Shown here piece after piece: positions 1 to 8,010 of a DNA stretch of 56,703 nucleotides; positions within the stretch are counted from its first letter, which is position 1, and every line of letters starts with the position of its first letter. Both the position numbers and the translations under genes were made by a program. The notes beneath the pieces are model-generated. The model saw only the letters and a program-made list of their open reading frames with translations. It ran no database searches and was not told the DNA's origin. The stretch is from NCBI GenBank assembly GCA_903832205.1, contig CAILAH010000026.1, forward strand, positions 1 to 56,703, given 5' to 3'. This DNA comes from an uncultured Candidatus Micrarchaeota archaeon. GTDB lineage: Archaea > Micrarchaeota > Micrarchaeia > CAILAH01.

Positions 1-70
1 ATCCAGGGCAGGCTGCGGCATTGGTAACAGCAAGCAAGCTAAGTCCAATAAGAAAAACCAGCAATAACAA
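1..70 (-). CDS. Partial 5' end of a gene for a signal-peptide protein (continues beyond window start)
   Basis: The minus-strand frame is open to position 1 and reads (TTG)-LLLVFLIGLSLLAVTNAAACPG, a hydrophobic signal-like N terminus. A TATA-like CTATAAAT lies about 35 nt upstream (about 103-110). The start codon is uncertain. Confidence 0.25.
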   Translation of the reverse strand, partial: MLLLVFLIGLSLLAVTNAAACPG

Positions 71-209
71 CTTTGAATTAGGCAGTATCTAATCACGCCC
101 TCATTTATAGCATACTTACAGGTAACGCTTATATATTATCAAGACAAGGAATCGGCAAAAACAATAAAATAAAAATAGAATTTTTTTTATGGCTGCTAGG
201 TTTACTCAG

Positions 210-665
210 CTATTTCTTGAGCGCCGATGTTATCATTGGGACATCGACATCCTCGCCGTTGGCCGCCTTGTAGCCCACATAGATTGCGTAGAGCCACACG
301 AAGAAGCCTATCAGGAATACGGACAGCACCATGCCCACTATGCCCAGCACCGCAGACTGCTTGCAGTGGAACACCGTCTTCTGCTCCTTGTTCAGGAGAT
401 AGAGCACCAGCGAGCCGAGGGGCGCGAAGAAGTACGCACAAAAAATGTCCCATCTTGTGCCGCCGCTAGCCGATTCCTTTTCAGGTTTTGATTCTACTTT
501 GTTTGGTCCTGCCATTTCACCCACCACTACCATTTCGCTCTCGCCCGTGTCGTGCTTGAGCCTGCTCTTTTCGTCCTCAAGGAACCTCCCCGCCATCGGG
601 GAACGCTTCATTTCCTTGGGTTCTGTCTTCTTGAAGTCCGTTTTCCTCTTAAATGTATCAACCAT
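210..665 (-). CDS. Small membrane protein with a charged N-terminal tail and two C-terminal TM helices (DUF4870-like, family call tentative)
   Basis: Starts at an internal ATG (663-665) of ORF 210..1076, just downstream of the pth2 stop. Hydrophobic segments are IFCAYFFAPLGSLVLYLL and AVLGIVGMVLSVFLIGFFVWLYAIYV. The upstream part of that ORF overlaps pth2 in another frame and is not coding. Confidence 0.6.
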   Translation of the reverse strand: MVDTFKRKTDFKKTEPKEMKRSPMAGRFLEDEKSRLKHDTGESEMVVVGEMAGPNKVESKPEKESASGGTRWDIFCAYFFAPLGSLVLYLLNKEQKTVFHCKQSAVLGIVGMVLSVFLIGFFVWLYAIYVGYKAANGEDVDVPMITSALKK

Positions 666-673
666 TTTATCAC

Positions 674-1030
674 CTAAAGGAGCTTGAGATGTTTTGTGAG
701 CGCGTCTATGTCCGCGGATTTTGCGGGCCCGATTGCGAGCGCGGTAATGGTGCCGGGTTCCAATTGAGTGAGGCCAGCGTCCTGTATGAGCGCGCAGGGG
801 AGCCTTGCCTTTTTTGCCTTTGAAAAGATGGACTGCATCTCCGTGAGCGGGGCCTTCACCGCAATCTTCTTCTCGCCCTGCATCTGCCAGTCCGAGACGA
901 CGCGCGGCGTGCTTTCCTGTGCAATTTCGAATGCGCGGATTGCGGAGTGCGCCCCTTGCGCCACTGCCTTGCCTTTGGACATCTCCAGGTCGCTGCGAAT
1001 GATGATGACCTGTTTTATCTCTTCCATCAT
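674..1030 (-). CDS. pth2: Peptidyl-tRNA hydrolase, archaeal Pth2 type
   Basis: The 118-aa product MMEEIKQVIIIRSDLEMSKGKAVAQGAHSAI...LIQDAGLTQLEPGTITALAIGP matches the Pth2 family in length and conserved core. Confidence 0.9.
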   Translation of the reverse strand: MMEEIKQVIIIRSDLEMSKGKAVAQGAHSAIRAFEIAQESTPRVVSDWQMQGEKKIAVKAPLTEMQSIFSKAKKARLPCALIQDAGLTQLEPGTITALAIGPAKSADIDALTKHLKLL

Positions 1031-1124
1031 ATGGGAAAGTATCTCCGTAAAGTGTTAAATACGTTTGAAGGCGCAATAGGATAATACGGGAGTGCGAAAG
1101 ACATACGGTGGAAGTGCGATATTT

Positions 1125-2126
1125 ATGGAAGAGCTGAAGGGGCTCATTGAGGAATTGCAGAGGGTGGAGAAGGCAAGGGTCAGCTGTGCCGGGTTGCTAA
1201 ACGTGCTTGATGGGATAAAGGAGGAGTGCGGGAAGGGGAAAAAGGACGTTAGCATAAGGGTGGGTGCGGTTGATGCGAGCATCATTCTCCAGGAGTTCCA
1301 TGCGTTCGATTTGATGATTACAAAGACGGTTGGCGCGGTTTTTGAGTATGAGAACGGGAAGCTGAAGAATTATGAGTACCTGCCTTCGCCGTTCCCAAAG
1401 GAGAAATTACACGTGCACGGCTCGATGGATTTGATGGAGCTCAATAATTACAGGAATATTGTGAGACTCAAGGAGGAGATTGCGCTTGCTTCCAAGGTTG
1501 CGGAGAAGTGCGACCTGCTTCTTGTGGACGGGTCGCTTGTTCCTCTGCCTGGGGATAAGCCCTCGGGAAAGGAGCTGAGGAAGGAGTATGAGGTGCTGTT
1601 GGAGCTTTACAGGGACCTATTCTCGAAGCATGAGGATAAGGTTGTGGGCGTGGTGAAGGACTCAAGGAGCAGGAGGTTCCTGGAGGAGTACTCCGCGCAT
1701 ATGGACTCGGCAGTAATGGGCAACTCAACGGACAGCACGATGCTGGATTTGGTGCTTGAGAAGGGCGAGATGAGCAGGGTGCTCACCTACTCGAAGGATG
1801 CGCAGAATAACCAGGTGCTCAAGGATTTGCTGCCCTATTCGGAGAGATTGAATTGCGCCTATTTGAAGCCGGGGAAGAATGACAGGCCGGTGAGGATTGA
1901 GTTCTTTGGCGAGAACAGGGAGCTTATTGAGAAGGTGTATGCGCTCTGCAATATTAACGATAATTATTCATATCCGGCAATACTGATTGATGTGGATTTG
2001 CGGGCTTTGATTGACCCGAGAAATGTGGAGAGGATATACAGGGAGATTGAGGTGGCACCGTTCCTGAGGGATGCGAGGATGCTGAGGAGGAATTCCAGGC
2101 CTTTCAGGACCAAGGAGCGCACCTAG
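1125..2126 (+). CDS. nurA: NurA-domain 5'-3' nuclease (DNA end resection)
   Basis: The product has VGAVDASI...LLLVDGSLVP...VVGVVKDSRSRRF..., typical NurA catalytic Asp blocks. The ORF opens at GTG 1092, but ATG 1125 (MEELKGL) is the likelier start. No adjacent herA. Confidence 0.7.
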   Translation: MEELKGLIEELQRVEKARVSCAGLLNVLDGIKEECGKGKKDVSIRVGAVDASIILQEFHAFDLMITKTVGAVFEYENGKLKNYEYLPSPFPKEKLHVHGSMDLMELNNYRNIVRLKEEIALASKVAEKCDLLLVDGSLVPLPGDKPSGKELRKEYEVLLELYRDLFSKHEDKVVGVVKDSRSRRFLEEYSAHMDSAVMGNSTDSTMLDLVLEKGEMSRVLTYSKDAQNNQVLKDLLPYSERLNCAYLKPGKNDRPVRIEFFGENRELIEKVYALCNINDNYSYPAILIDVDLRALIDPRNVERIYREIEVAPFLRDARMLRRNSRPFRTKERT

Positions 2127-2485
2127 GCGCGCCTGGGGCGGCGGGGCCTTGGTGCAGGAAAAATGTATTTATGCTTCAGACGTGGGCCTTTTTTGAAAAA
2201 GGGTAAGATTTTTGCCGAGAGAGGAGCCGTCAGGTGCGGATTTTAACGAGAGAGACTCTGAGAGAGAGCAGTCTATTTAAGCACTAAAACTTATAAATCT
2301 TAGGTTGGAAAGTATTCTGTAGCTCCACTCCGAGTTTGCGGCCATAATTGGTCGCCAAAACGCCACCGCCAGTCCCATGGACTGGCCTAATTCTTTTTTA
2401 GGAATAGGCTAGTGCTAACATGTTTTTAGAAATCTTGATGAAGCCAAGTGTGGGATGGCTTAAATAAAAGAAAAAAGATTCCTGG

Positions 2486-5155
2486 TTATCTTTTCCTGCC
2501 AATCATTGCCTTTGCAAACACCGCAAGGCCCAAGAGCGCGGGAAGTATGAGGCAGGGGGAGGGCGGTTCCTCAGGGCGGACGCATTTGTGGGCTTGGCAC
2601 ACATAGCCTGAGTTGCAGTCGCCGTTTATGTTGCATCCTCCTGTGCCGGGCGGGAAGCCGGTTGTGGTGCCAAGCGGTGTTGGGGAACAGAGATTGTTCC
2701 TGCAGGAGAGCCCCTCGCCGCTGTAGACGCACTGGTAGTCTGCCTGGCAGGAGACGCTCTTTGAGATTGGGACAGTCGCAACATAGGTTCCTATGGGCTT
2801 GCTTCCATCAACCTGGTCGTAGAACTCCTGCGTGGTGATGGTAAACGCATTTGATGCCCTGTTGTTCGTGTTCGGCTGGAACGCGTACATCGAGATTGTG
2901 GCATCGTACTCGCGCGGCGGGTAGGGGACGTTCACCACTCCTTCGCCCACGGGAACATCGTAGGAGTAGGAGAGGTAAGCATTATCTCCGCTGAATTTTA
3001 CATCAACGTGCACCATCACGCCGTCGGAGAGCGTGTTGCCGCTGGAATCGGTGAGGATGAGCGCAACGGTGCTGCCGTTGAGCGCCTCAAGGTCGGTGCG
3101 GTAGGCTGATGCCGCGGTGCCGTTGCCGGAATAGCCGAAGGGCTCGCCCTGGTCCCACTTGCCGTTGCTGTTCAGGTCCTGGTAGGCGCCGTGCATCATG
3201 AATACTTTATCGAGCTGTGTGACTTTGGTATCCTTGTCATAGTATTCAAGCAGAGGCTTGTAGCCGGATGCGTTGAGCGCAATGTAGAGGTCGTGTAAAG
3301 TGATGACGTGCCTCACGCCCTTGCCGTCGCCGAAATCGCGGGATTGAGAGTAGGCGTCCCAGAGCGTTGAGGTTGGGATTACAATGAAGTCGTCATCCAT
3401 ACCGCCGCGGGATTGCGGCGAGTCGCGCAGGTCTTCCAGGAGGGATGCGATTGCCATCTCCTCCATCATGCCAGGGCCGCTGTATTTGTTGGTTACCCTG
3501 AACACCTTCTCGCGCATCTGGTAGTTGAGCTCAAGGTCGAATGCGACACCGCGTATCCTGTAGAGGTCGTAGTCGGGGTTGTCCTTGTAGTAGTTCTTCA
3601 TTTCCCAGGCGCAGTACTCCGCCCAGCCCTCAATGAGGCCGAAGCCGGAATCGGAGTTGCCGTAATAGCCGCCGTGGTCCGAGCCTGCAGGGGCCACCTT
3701 GGTGTTGAATATCTCGTTCTGTATGTGGTGGCAGTACTCGTGGTACATCGTGTCCTCAATGTATGAGGTGGTGAACTGGGAGCTCATTGGGAGGAGGAAC
3801 ATGCCCACATCATTTGGGTTTGTGGCCGCATTGACTTCGTCACCGTGCGAATTGCCGTCATTGCTGTAGACGCTCACCCTTTCTTTTATGGTGGAGGATT
3901 TCTGGAAGACGTTCTCCTTGTAGTCGATTGCCTTTTGAGCGGTCGCATAGACCTTTGCCGCATCCGAAATCTTCTTGGTTTTCATGCTTGTGAGGTCCAT
4001 CTCATAGTTGGAGATGCGGGAGTCGGTTACGGGAACATCCTCTTCATACACATAGTCGAGCGGGGCGTTGGGGCTGCCCTCAACCACGTAGAGCCTGCCC
4101 TTGGATTCGTCAAAGACGATGTCAGTGGTTATCTCATAGCCAGGCTGGAACGCTGCCGGATCATCCCAGGTGAATTTTCCCTCCGCATCTGTCACCAAAT
4201 GGCCGTATGCGTAGATGTGGCTGTCCTTCACTGCGATTGTTTCTATCTTAATGTATTTCAGCGGAACCTTGGTGCCTTTGGAATCGTAGTAGAAGACCTG
4301 GCCGTTCATTTTCACTGCCTTGCATTTGGTGTTATCTTCGCATCCCTGGGGGCACTGCTCCTCCTTGTAGGTGCATTCACCCGTGTCGGAATTGCAGGCG
4401 CCAATGGTGGACATTATGCCGTTTTCGCATTTGTCGGGGCATTCAACGTTTTTGCATTTATCTTCCGCGGGCTGCTGCGCTGCGGGGAGCGAGTTCCTGC
4501 AGTCCAGGCCAGGGTATGTCTCGCCTCCGTTTGGGCAGTTGCAGCTGCAGTCCATCTGCGTGTCCTTGAATATTACGTATGCGACGTATGCGCACTCCGG
4601 GCCAAGCTTGGCCTTGCAGTATTGGTCGCAGTATTCGGTGTATGTCCTGCTGCCGTAGCAGAGGCGCTTCTCCTCAGGTGGCTGTGGTGGAATTACGGCT
4701 TCGCCGCATTTTGCAGCGCAGGCGGTCTGGACGGGCTTGCAGTATTTGTCCTTCAGTACCGTGTAGCAGGTGGATTCCTTTTCCCTGCAGTAATCATCGA
4801 GTGGAGAGTATTCGGCCTGGATTTCGTTTGCGGCCATGCAGTCCATATAGATTTTATCGCAGGTCGCCTCCTTTTCTGCCCTGAATGCCGTTCCGGGCGT
4901 CTCGTAATAGTCGGTGCCGCTCGAGTAGATGCCGCTCTTGCATCCCCTGTAACTCCAGATGCAGTCGAACGCGCACTGCTGCTGCGTGGTCAGGGCGTCG
5001 TATGCGGTCATGTCATAGAGCGAGCAGTAGGAATATTCGCACGCCCAGATGCCGGTCATGGTTTCGCAGTTGGTCGCGCAGTCCATATAGTCCATCTCCG
5101 CGAATGCGAGCGGCGCGCCGAGCAGGAGCAGGATAAGAAAGCAGCGTGAGTACAT
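2486..5155 (-). CDS. Large secreted Cys-rich protein with an HExxH zinc-metallopeptidase-like motif and a C-terminal TM anchor
   Basis: Internal ATG 5155 gives the signal peptide MYSRCFLILLLLGAPLAFA. The N-terminal ~280 aa are very Cys-rich. It carries MYHEYCHH (HExxH), a C-terminal Cys-rich knot, then PCLILPALLGLAVFAKAMIGRKR (TM plus basic tail). Confidence 0.8.
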   Translation of the reverse strand: MYSRCFLILLLLGAPLAFAEMDYMDCATNCETMTGIWACEYSYCSLYDMTAYDALTTQQQCAFDCIWSYRGCKSGIYSSGTDYYETPGTAFRAEKEATCDKIYMDCMAANEIQAEYSPLDDYCREKESTCYTVLKDKYCKPVQTACAAKCGEAVIPPQPPEEKRLCYGSRTYTEYCDQYCKAKLGPECAYVAYVIFKDTQMDCSCNCPNGGETYPGLDCRNSLPAAQQPAEDKCKNVECPDKCENGIMSTIGACNSDTGECTYKEEQCPQGCEDNTKCKAVKMNGQVFYYDSKGTKVPLKYIKIETIAVKDSHIYAYGHLVTDAEGKFTWDDPAAFQPGYEITTDIVFDESKGRLYVVEGSPNAPLDYVYEEDVPVTDSRISNYEMDLTSMKTKKISDAAKVYATAQKAIDYKENVFQKSSTIKERVSVYSNDGNSHGDEVNAATNPNDVGMFLLPMSSQFTTSYIEDTMYHEYCHHIQNEIFNTKVAPAGSDHGGYYGNSDSGFGLIEGWAEYCAWEMKNYYKDNPDYDLYRIRGVAFDLELNYQMREKVFRVTNKYSGPGMMEEMAIASLLEDLRDSPQSRGGMDDDFIVIPTSTLWDAYSQSRDFGDGKGVRHVITLHDLYIALNASGYKPLLEYYDKDTKVTQLDKVFMMHGAYQDLNSNGKWDQGEPFGYSGNGTAASAYRTDLEALNGSTVALILTDSSGNTLSDGVMVHVDVKFSGDNAYLSYSYDVPVGEGVVNVPYPPREYDATISMYAFQPNTNNRASNAFTITTQEFYDQVDGSKPIGTYVATVPISKSVSCQADYQCVYSGEGLSCRNNLCSPTPLGTTTGFPPGTGGCNINGDCNSGYVCQAHKCVRPEEPPSPCLILPALLGLAVFAKAMIGRKR

Positions 5156-5172
5156 GGGTAAGAATGTAATCG

Positions 5173-5189
5173 GAAAATATTTAAACAAT
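5173..5189. promoter_or_regulatory. Shared bidirectional TATA element for the divergent genes starting at 5155 (-) and 5208 (+)
   Basis: AAAATATTTAAACAAT is centred at about 5181. That is 26 nt from ATG 5155 and 27 nt from ATG 5208, which implies leaderless transcripts on both sides. Confidence 0.5.
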
Positions 5190-5207
5190 AGATGGGAATA
5201 GATATGC

Positions 5208-6491
5208 ATGGCGAATAAACTGAAGCCCATCGTTCAGGAAGAAAAGGACTTGCTTGAGATGGCTGATCCTCGCATTAAATACCAGGTTAAGCAGTACACA
5301 AGCGGTGTGAACAAGGACCTGATTGAGAAGGCGCTGGGAAGGGCGCTCGGGAAGGAGTATAATATACAGAAGGCCGTTGAGGGATTCAGGGAGGGGCTGA
5401 TGCGTGCGAATGAGGGCTTGCAGGAGAACAAGAAATTGTCTGATAAGGAGATTGAGAAATTATCATTGCTCGTGTTCATCGCAATACCAGAATCCGGATG
5501 GAACTGGGCGGTGTCAAAGGACATTTGCGTGGGCCCATACCAGTTCAGCAAGGCAACGGGGAAGAAGTACGGCCTCGTGACGGATACGGAGGATAAGAGA
5601 AAGGACATCTACGAATCGGCAAAGGCTGCGGGAAAGTATTTGTGCGACCTTTATGCTGATTTGAACAGGGACATAAGGCTTGCATTGTCAGCGTATAACT
5701 CGGGCATGCCCCTTGAATATAAGAAGACTGCCAGGAAGCCCACCTACGAGGGATACAGGAAGTATTTGGAGAAATTAAAGGTGGATGCGGAGGAGAAGAA
5801 ACTCAGCGGCAATGACAAGCTCAAGGAAGAAGGAGTAAGAAAGCTTAGCAACATTTACCAGAATATCAATTATGTCCCCGGATGCATCGCAGCAATACAG
5901 GTGCTGAAGAGCAAGTATCCGGAGTTCCTGGATTACGCGCAGGGGAAGATTACCTATACCGAATTGGAGAAGAAGGTGGAGAAGTATCAGCTGGCCGCAT
6001 TGGAGCCGAAGATTTACACGAGGGATAATGCGTTCGCGCATAAGGTGAAGAAGGGAGAGGGCCTTGAGGACATACTTAAGATGTATAGGAGGTTCGGGAA
6101 ATATGTTGAAGTTGAGAAGATGAACATCAGGTTCCTGAACAACATGGCGAAGGACGGGGAAGTGACGGCGGGAATGAAAATACTGCTTCCCGAGGATTAC
6201 AGGAGCAGGGTGGGGCCCAAGGTTATTCCCAGGCCTAGCAAGGAGTATGTTGCATTCAAGAATGTCAGGAAGGGCGGGGAGGAGAAGGTTGAGTACAAGG
6301 TCAAGCCGGGCGATTCGCTCTACAAGATCATGGCAGAGTATGACATCCCCAAATGGTTTCTTGACCAGGTGAAGAGGGCGAATAACCTGAAGTCGGACGT
6401 AATCATTGCGGGGCAGACGCTGGTGCTTCCCGCTGATTTGGTTAACAAGTATGCGAAAAGGGAGAAGAAGAAAAAGGACGAAATCAGTTAG
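5208..6491 (+). CDS. Lytic transglycosylase (SLT/goose-lysozyme-like domain) with two C-terminal LysM-like modules
   Basis: SLT signature: ESGWNWAVSKDICVGPYQF...AAGKYLCDLY...LALSAYNSG. LysM-like: HKVKKGEGLEDILKMY...MKILLP and YKVKPGDSLYKIMAEYDIP...VIIAGQTLVLP. No N-terminal signal peptide is visible. Confidence 0.75.
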   Translation: MANKLKPIVQEEKDLLEMADPRIKYQVKQYTSGVNKDLIEKALGRALGKEYNIQKAVEGFREGLMRANEGLQENKKLSDKEIEKLSLLVFIAIPESGWNWAVSKDICVGPYQFSKATGKKYGLVTDTEDKRKDIYESAKAAGKYLCDLYADLNRDIRLALSAYNSGMPLEYKKTARKPTYEGYRKYLEKLKVDAEEKKLSGNDKLKEEGVRKLSNIYQNINYVPGCIAAIQVLKSKYPEFLDYAQGKITYTELEKKVEKYQLAALEPKIYTRDNAFAHKVKKGEGLEDILKMYRRFGKYVEVEKMNIRFLNNMAKDGEVTAGMKILLPEDYRSRVGPKVIPRPSKEYVAFKNVRKGGEEKVEYKVKPGDSLYKIMAEYDIPKWFLDQVKRANNLKSDVIIAGQTLVLPADLVNKYAKREKKKKDEIS

Positions 6492-6542
6492 CAGTTAATG
6501 CGTTTAAAAAAAAGAAATGTGCAAAAAGAAAGAGGATACGGC

Positions 6543-7328
6543 TTAAAGCTGTATGCTGAATTCTAATTTTTTCCTCATTTCTGTCGGGAACGCCATTGCC
6601 ATGAGTTCCTTAGTCATGAGGCCCGCCATCGCAAGGGACACATCCGCCGGCTCCTTTATCCTGTGCAGCGCAATGCCCGCATCGAGCACGTCCCTTTCCA
6701 TGCGCTGGTCCTCTCCCAGGCTGATGAAGACCGACCTTTGCTCCTTGAGCATGCCAAGCAAGCCGTCCTTTACCAGGCCCCAGTTCTGTATGCAGCCATC
6801 GCTTACAAAGACGACGAGCGCCTGGGGAAAGACAAAGGTCCCTTGGGGCTCAACCGCCATATTCTTAGTAAGCGCAGTGAAGAGCTTGCATGCGTCAATT
6901 TCACTGGACTCCATCTGCGGCTTTTCTGCAGCTGCCTGTATCTTCGCCACCTGCTTCAGGCTGTACCAGGGGCTTATGACCGTGTCACGCGAGAAGATTG
7001 CAACGCTTACCTTTGCGTCATTCAGCATGCCCTGCTTCTTCATTCCTTCAAGCGCCAGGAGCGAAACGTTCAGGCCCTCCTGAACATGAAGATATCTATC
7101 TTTATCCATCATGGAACCGGAGCCGTCAAGGACGAACATTATCTTCGGGTCCGTCATGTAGCGGGATGCGAACGCCTTGCCCTTCTTAGGCTGTGCACGG
7201 GAAGCGGCTTTCACGCCCGCAGCATGACTTGAGGCAAATGCCGCACAATCAGCAATCGTGGCGCCTTTTGCAACTTTCTTTTTCTTCTCTGCATCATTTT
7301 GCAGGTTCTTTGTTCTTGTATTAGTCAT
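6543..7328 (-). CDS. von Willebrand factor A (VWA) domain protein
   Basis: MIDAS motif in MFVLDGSGSMMDKDRY, with later VFVSDG. The start is trimmed to ATG 7328, preceded by the SD GGTGAATACT. Confidence 0.8.
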   Translation of the reverse strand: MTNTRTKNLQNDAEKKKKVAKGATIADCAAFASSHAAGVKAASRAQPKKGKAFASRYMTDPKIMFVLDGSGSMMDKDRYLHVQEGLNVSLLALEGMKKQGMLNDAKVSVAIFSRDTVISPWYSLKQVAKIQAAAEKPQMESSEIDACKLFTALTKNMAVEPQGTFVFPQALVVFVSDGCIQNWGLVKDGLLGMLKEQRSVFISLGEDQRMERDVLDAGIALHRIKEPADVSLAMAGLMTKELMAMAFPTEMRKKLEFSIQL

Positions 7329-7352
7329 AGTATTCACCTTGTAGTATTATCG

Positions 7353-7988
7353 TTACTGTTTTGCGCCCGCATTGATGAGCAATATTGCCGCATCGTTGTG
7401 GCGGTGCTCCTTTGCGAGCATTAGCGCGGTGCTCCCAGAGCGGTCCCACAATGTAAAGTCCGCTTTTGCATCCAGGAGCGCGCGGGTAATCCTGAGAACT
7501 GAATCATGGGGCATGAGTGCCATTACCACTATAAGCGCGGTCTGGCCGTACATGTCCCTCATGTTGACGTTTGCCTTGCGCTTAATGAGCAAGTCGACTA
7601 CATCGCAGCATCCCCATTTGGCCGCAGCCATCAGTGCCGTTGCGCCCATATGGTCGGTTGCATCAATATTTGCGCCATTGTCAAGAAGCACTCCCACTAT
7701 TTCCGTTTTCGCATCTTGGGCAGCGCGGATCAGGTGCGTGAGGCCGCCGTTGTTGAGGCGCGTGTTTACCTTTACGCCCTTTCTAATCAGGTCCCTTACC
7801 ACTTCAATATCCCCGCACATAATTGCCTCAGACATTGCATGGTACATCTTCAGGTGCTCCGCATCCTCAAATGCCGGGTTCGCCGGATAAACCTTTTCCG
7901 TTGCGGGCTTCTTGGCGTTGAATTGCACGCCGACGGATTTTACACCTGCTGTCTTTCCATCCTTCTTTTTCGTTTTTGTATCATTCAT
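7353..7988 (-). CDS. Ankyrin-repeat protein (untagged)
   Basis: Repeats of the type GLTHLIRAAQDAKTEIVGVLLDNGANIDATD and GATALMAAAKWGCCDVVDLLIKRKANVN. Starts at ATG 7988 after GGTGAATACT. Confidence 0.85.
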   Translation of the reverse strand: MNDTKTKKKDGKTAGVKSVGVQFNAKKPATEKVYPANPAFEDAEHLKMYHAMSEAIMCGDIEVVRDLIRKGVKVNTRLNNGGLTHLIRAAQDAKTEIVGVLLDNGANIDATDHMGATALMAAAKWGCCDVVDLLIKRKANVNMRDMYGQTALIVVMALMPHDSVLRITRALLDAKADFTLWDRSGSTALMLAKEHRHNDAAILLINAGAKQ

Positions 7989-8010
7989 AGTATTCACCAT
8001 TAGCATAATC

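Noticed and set aside
3845-5149. Long antisense ORFs opposite real genes: 3845-5149 (434 aa), 18046-18852, 26235-27032, 30186-30947, 37825-38613, 8820-9191 and many more.
   Set aside because: They are shadow ORFs on the strand opposite well-supported genes. They have low-complexity, Ser/Ala/Arg/Pro-rich composition, no motifs and no SD or TATA signals.
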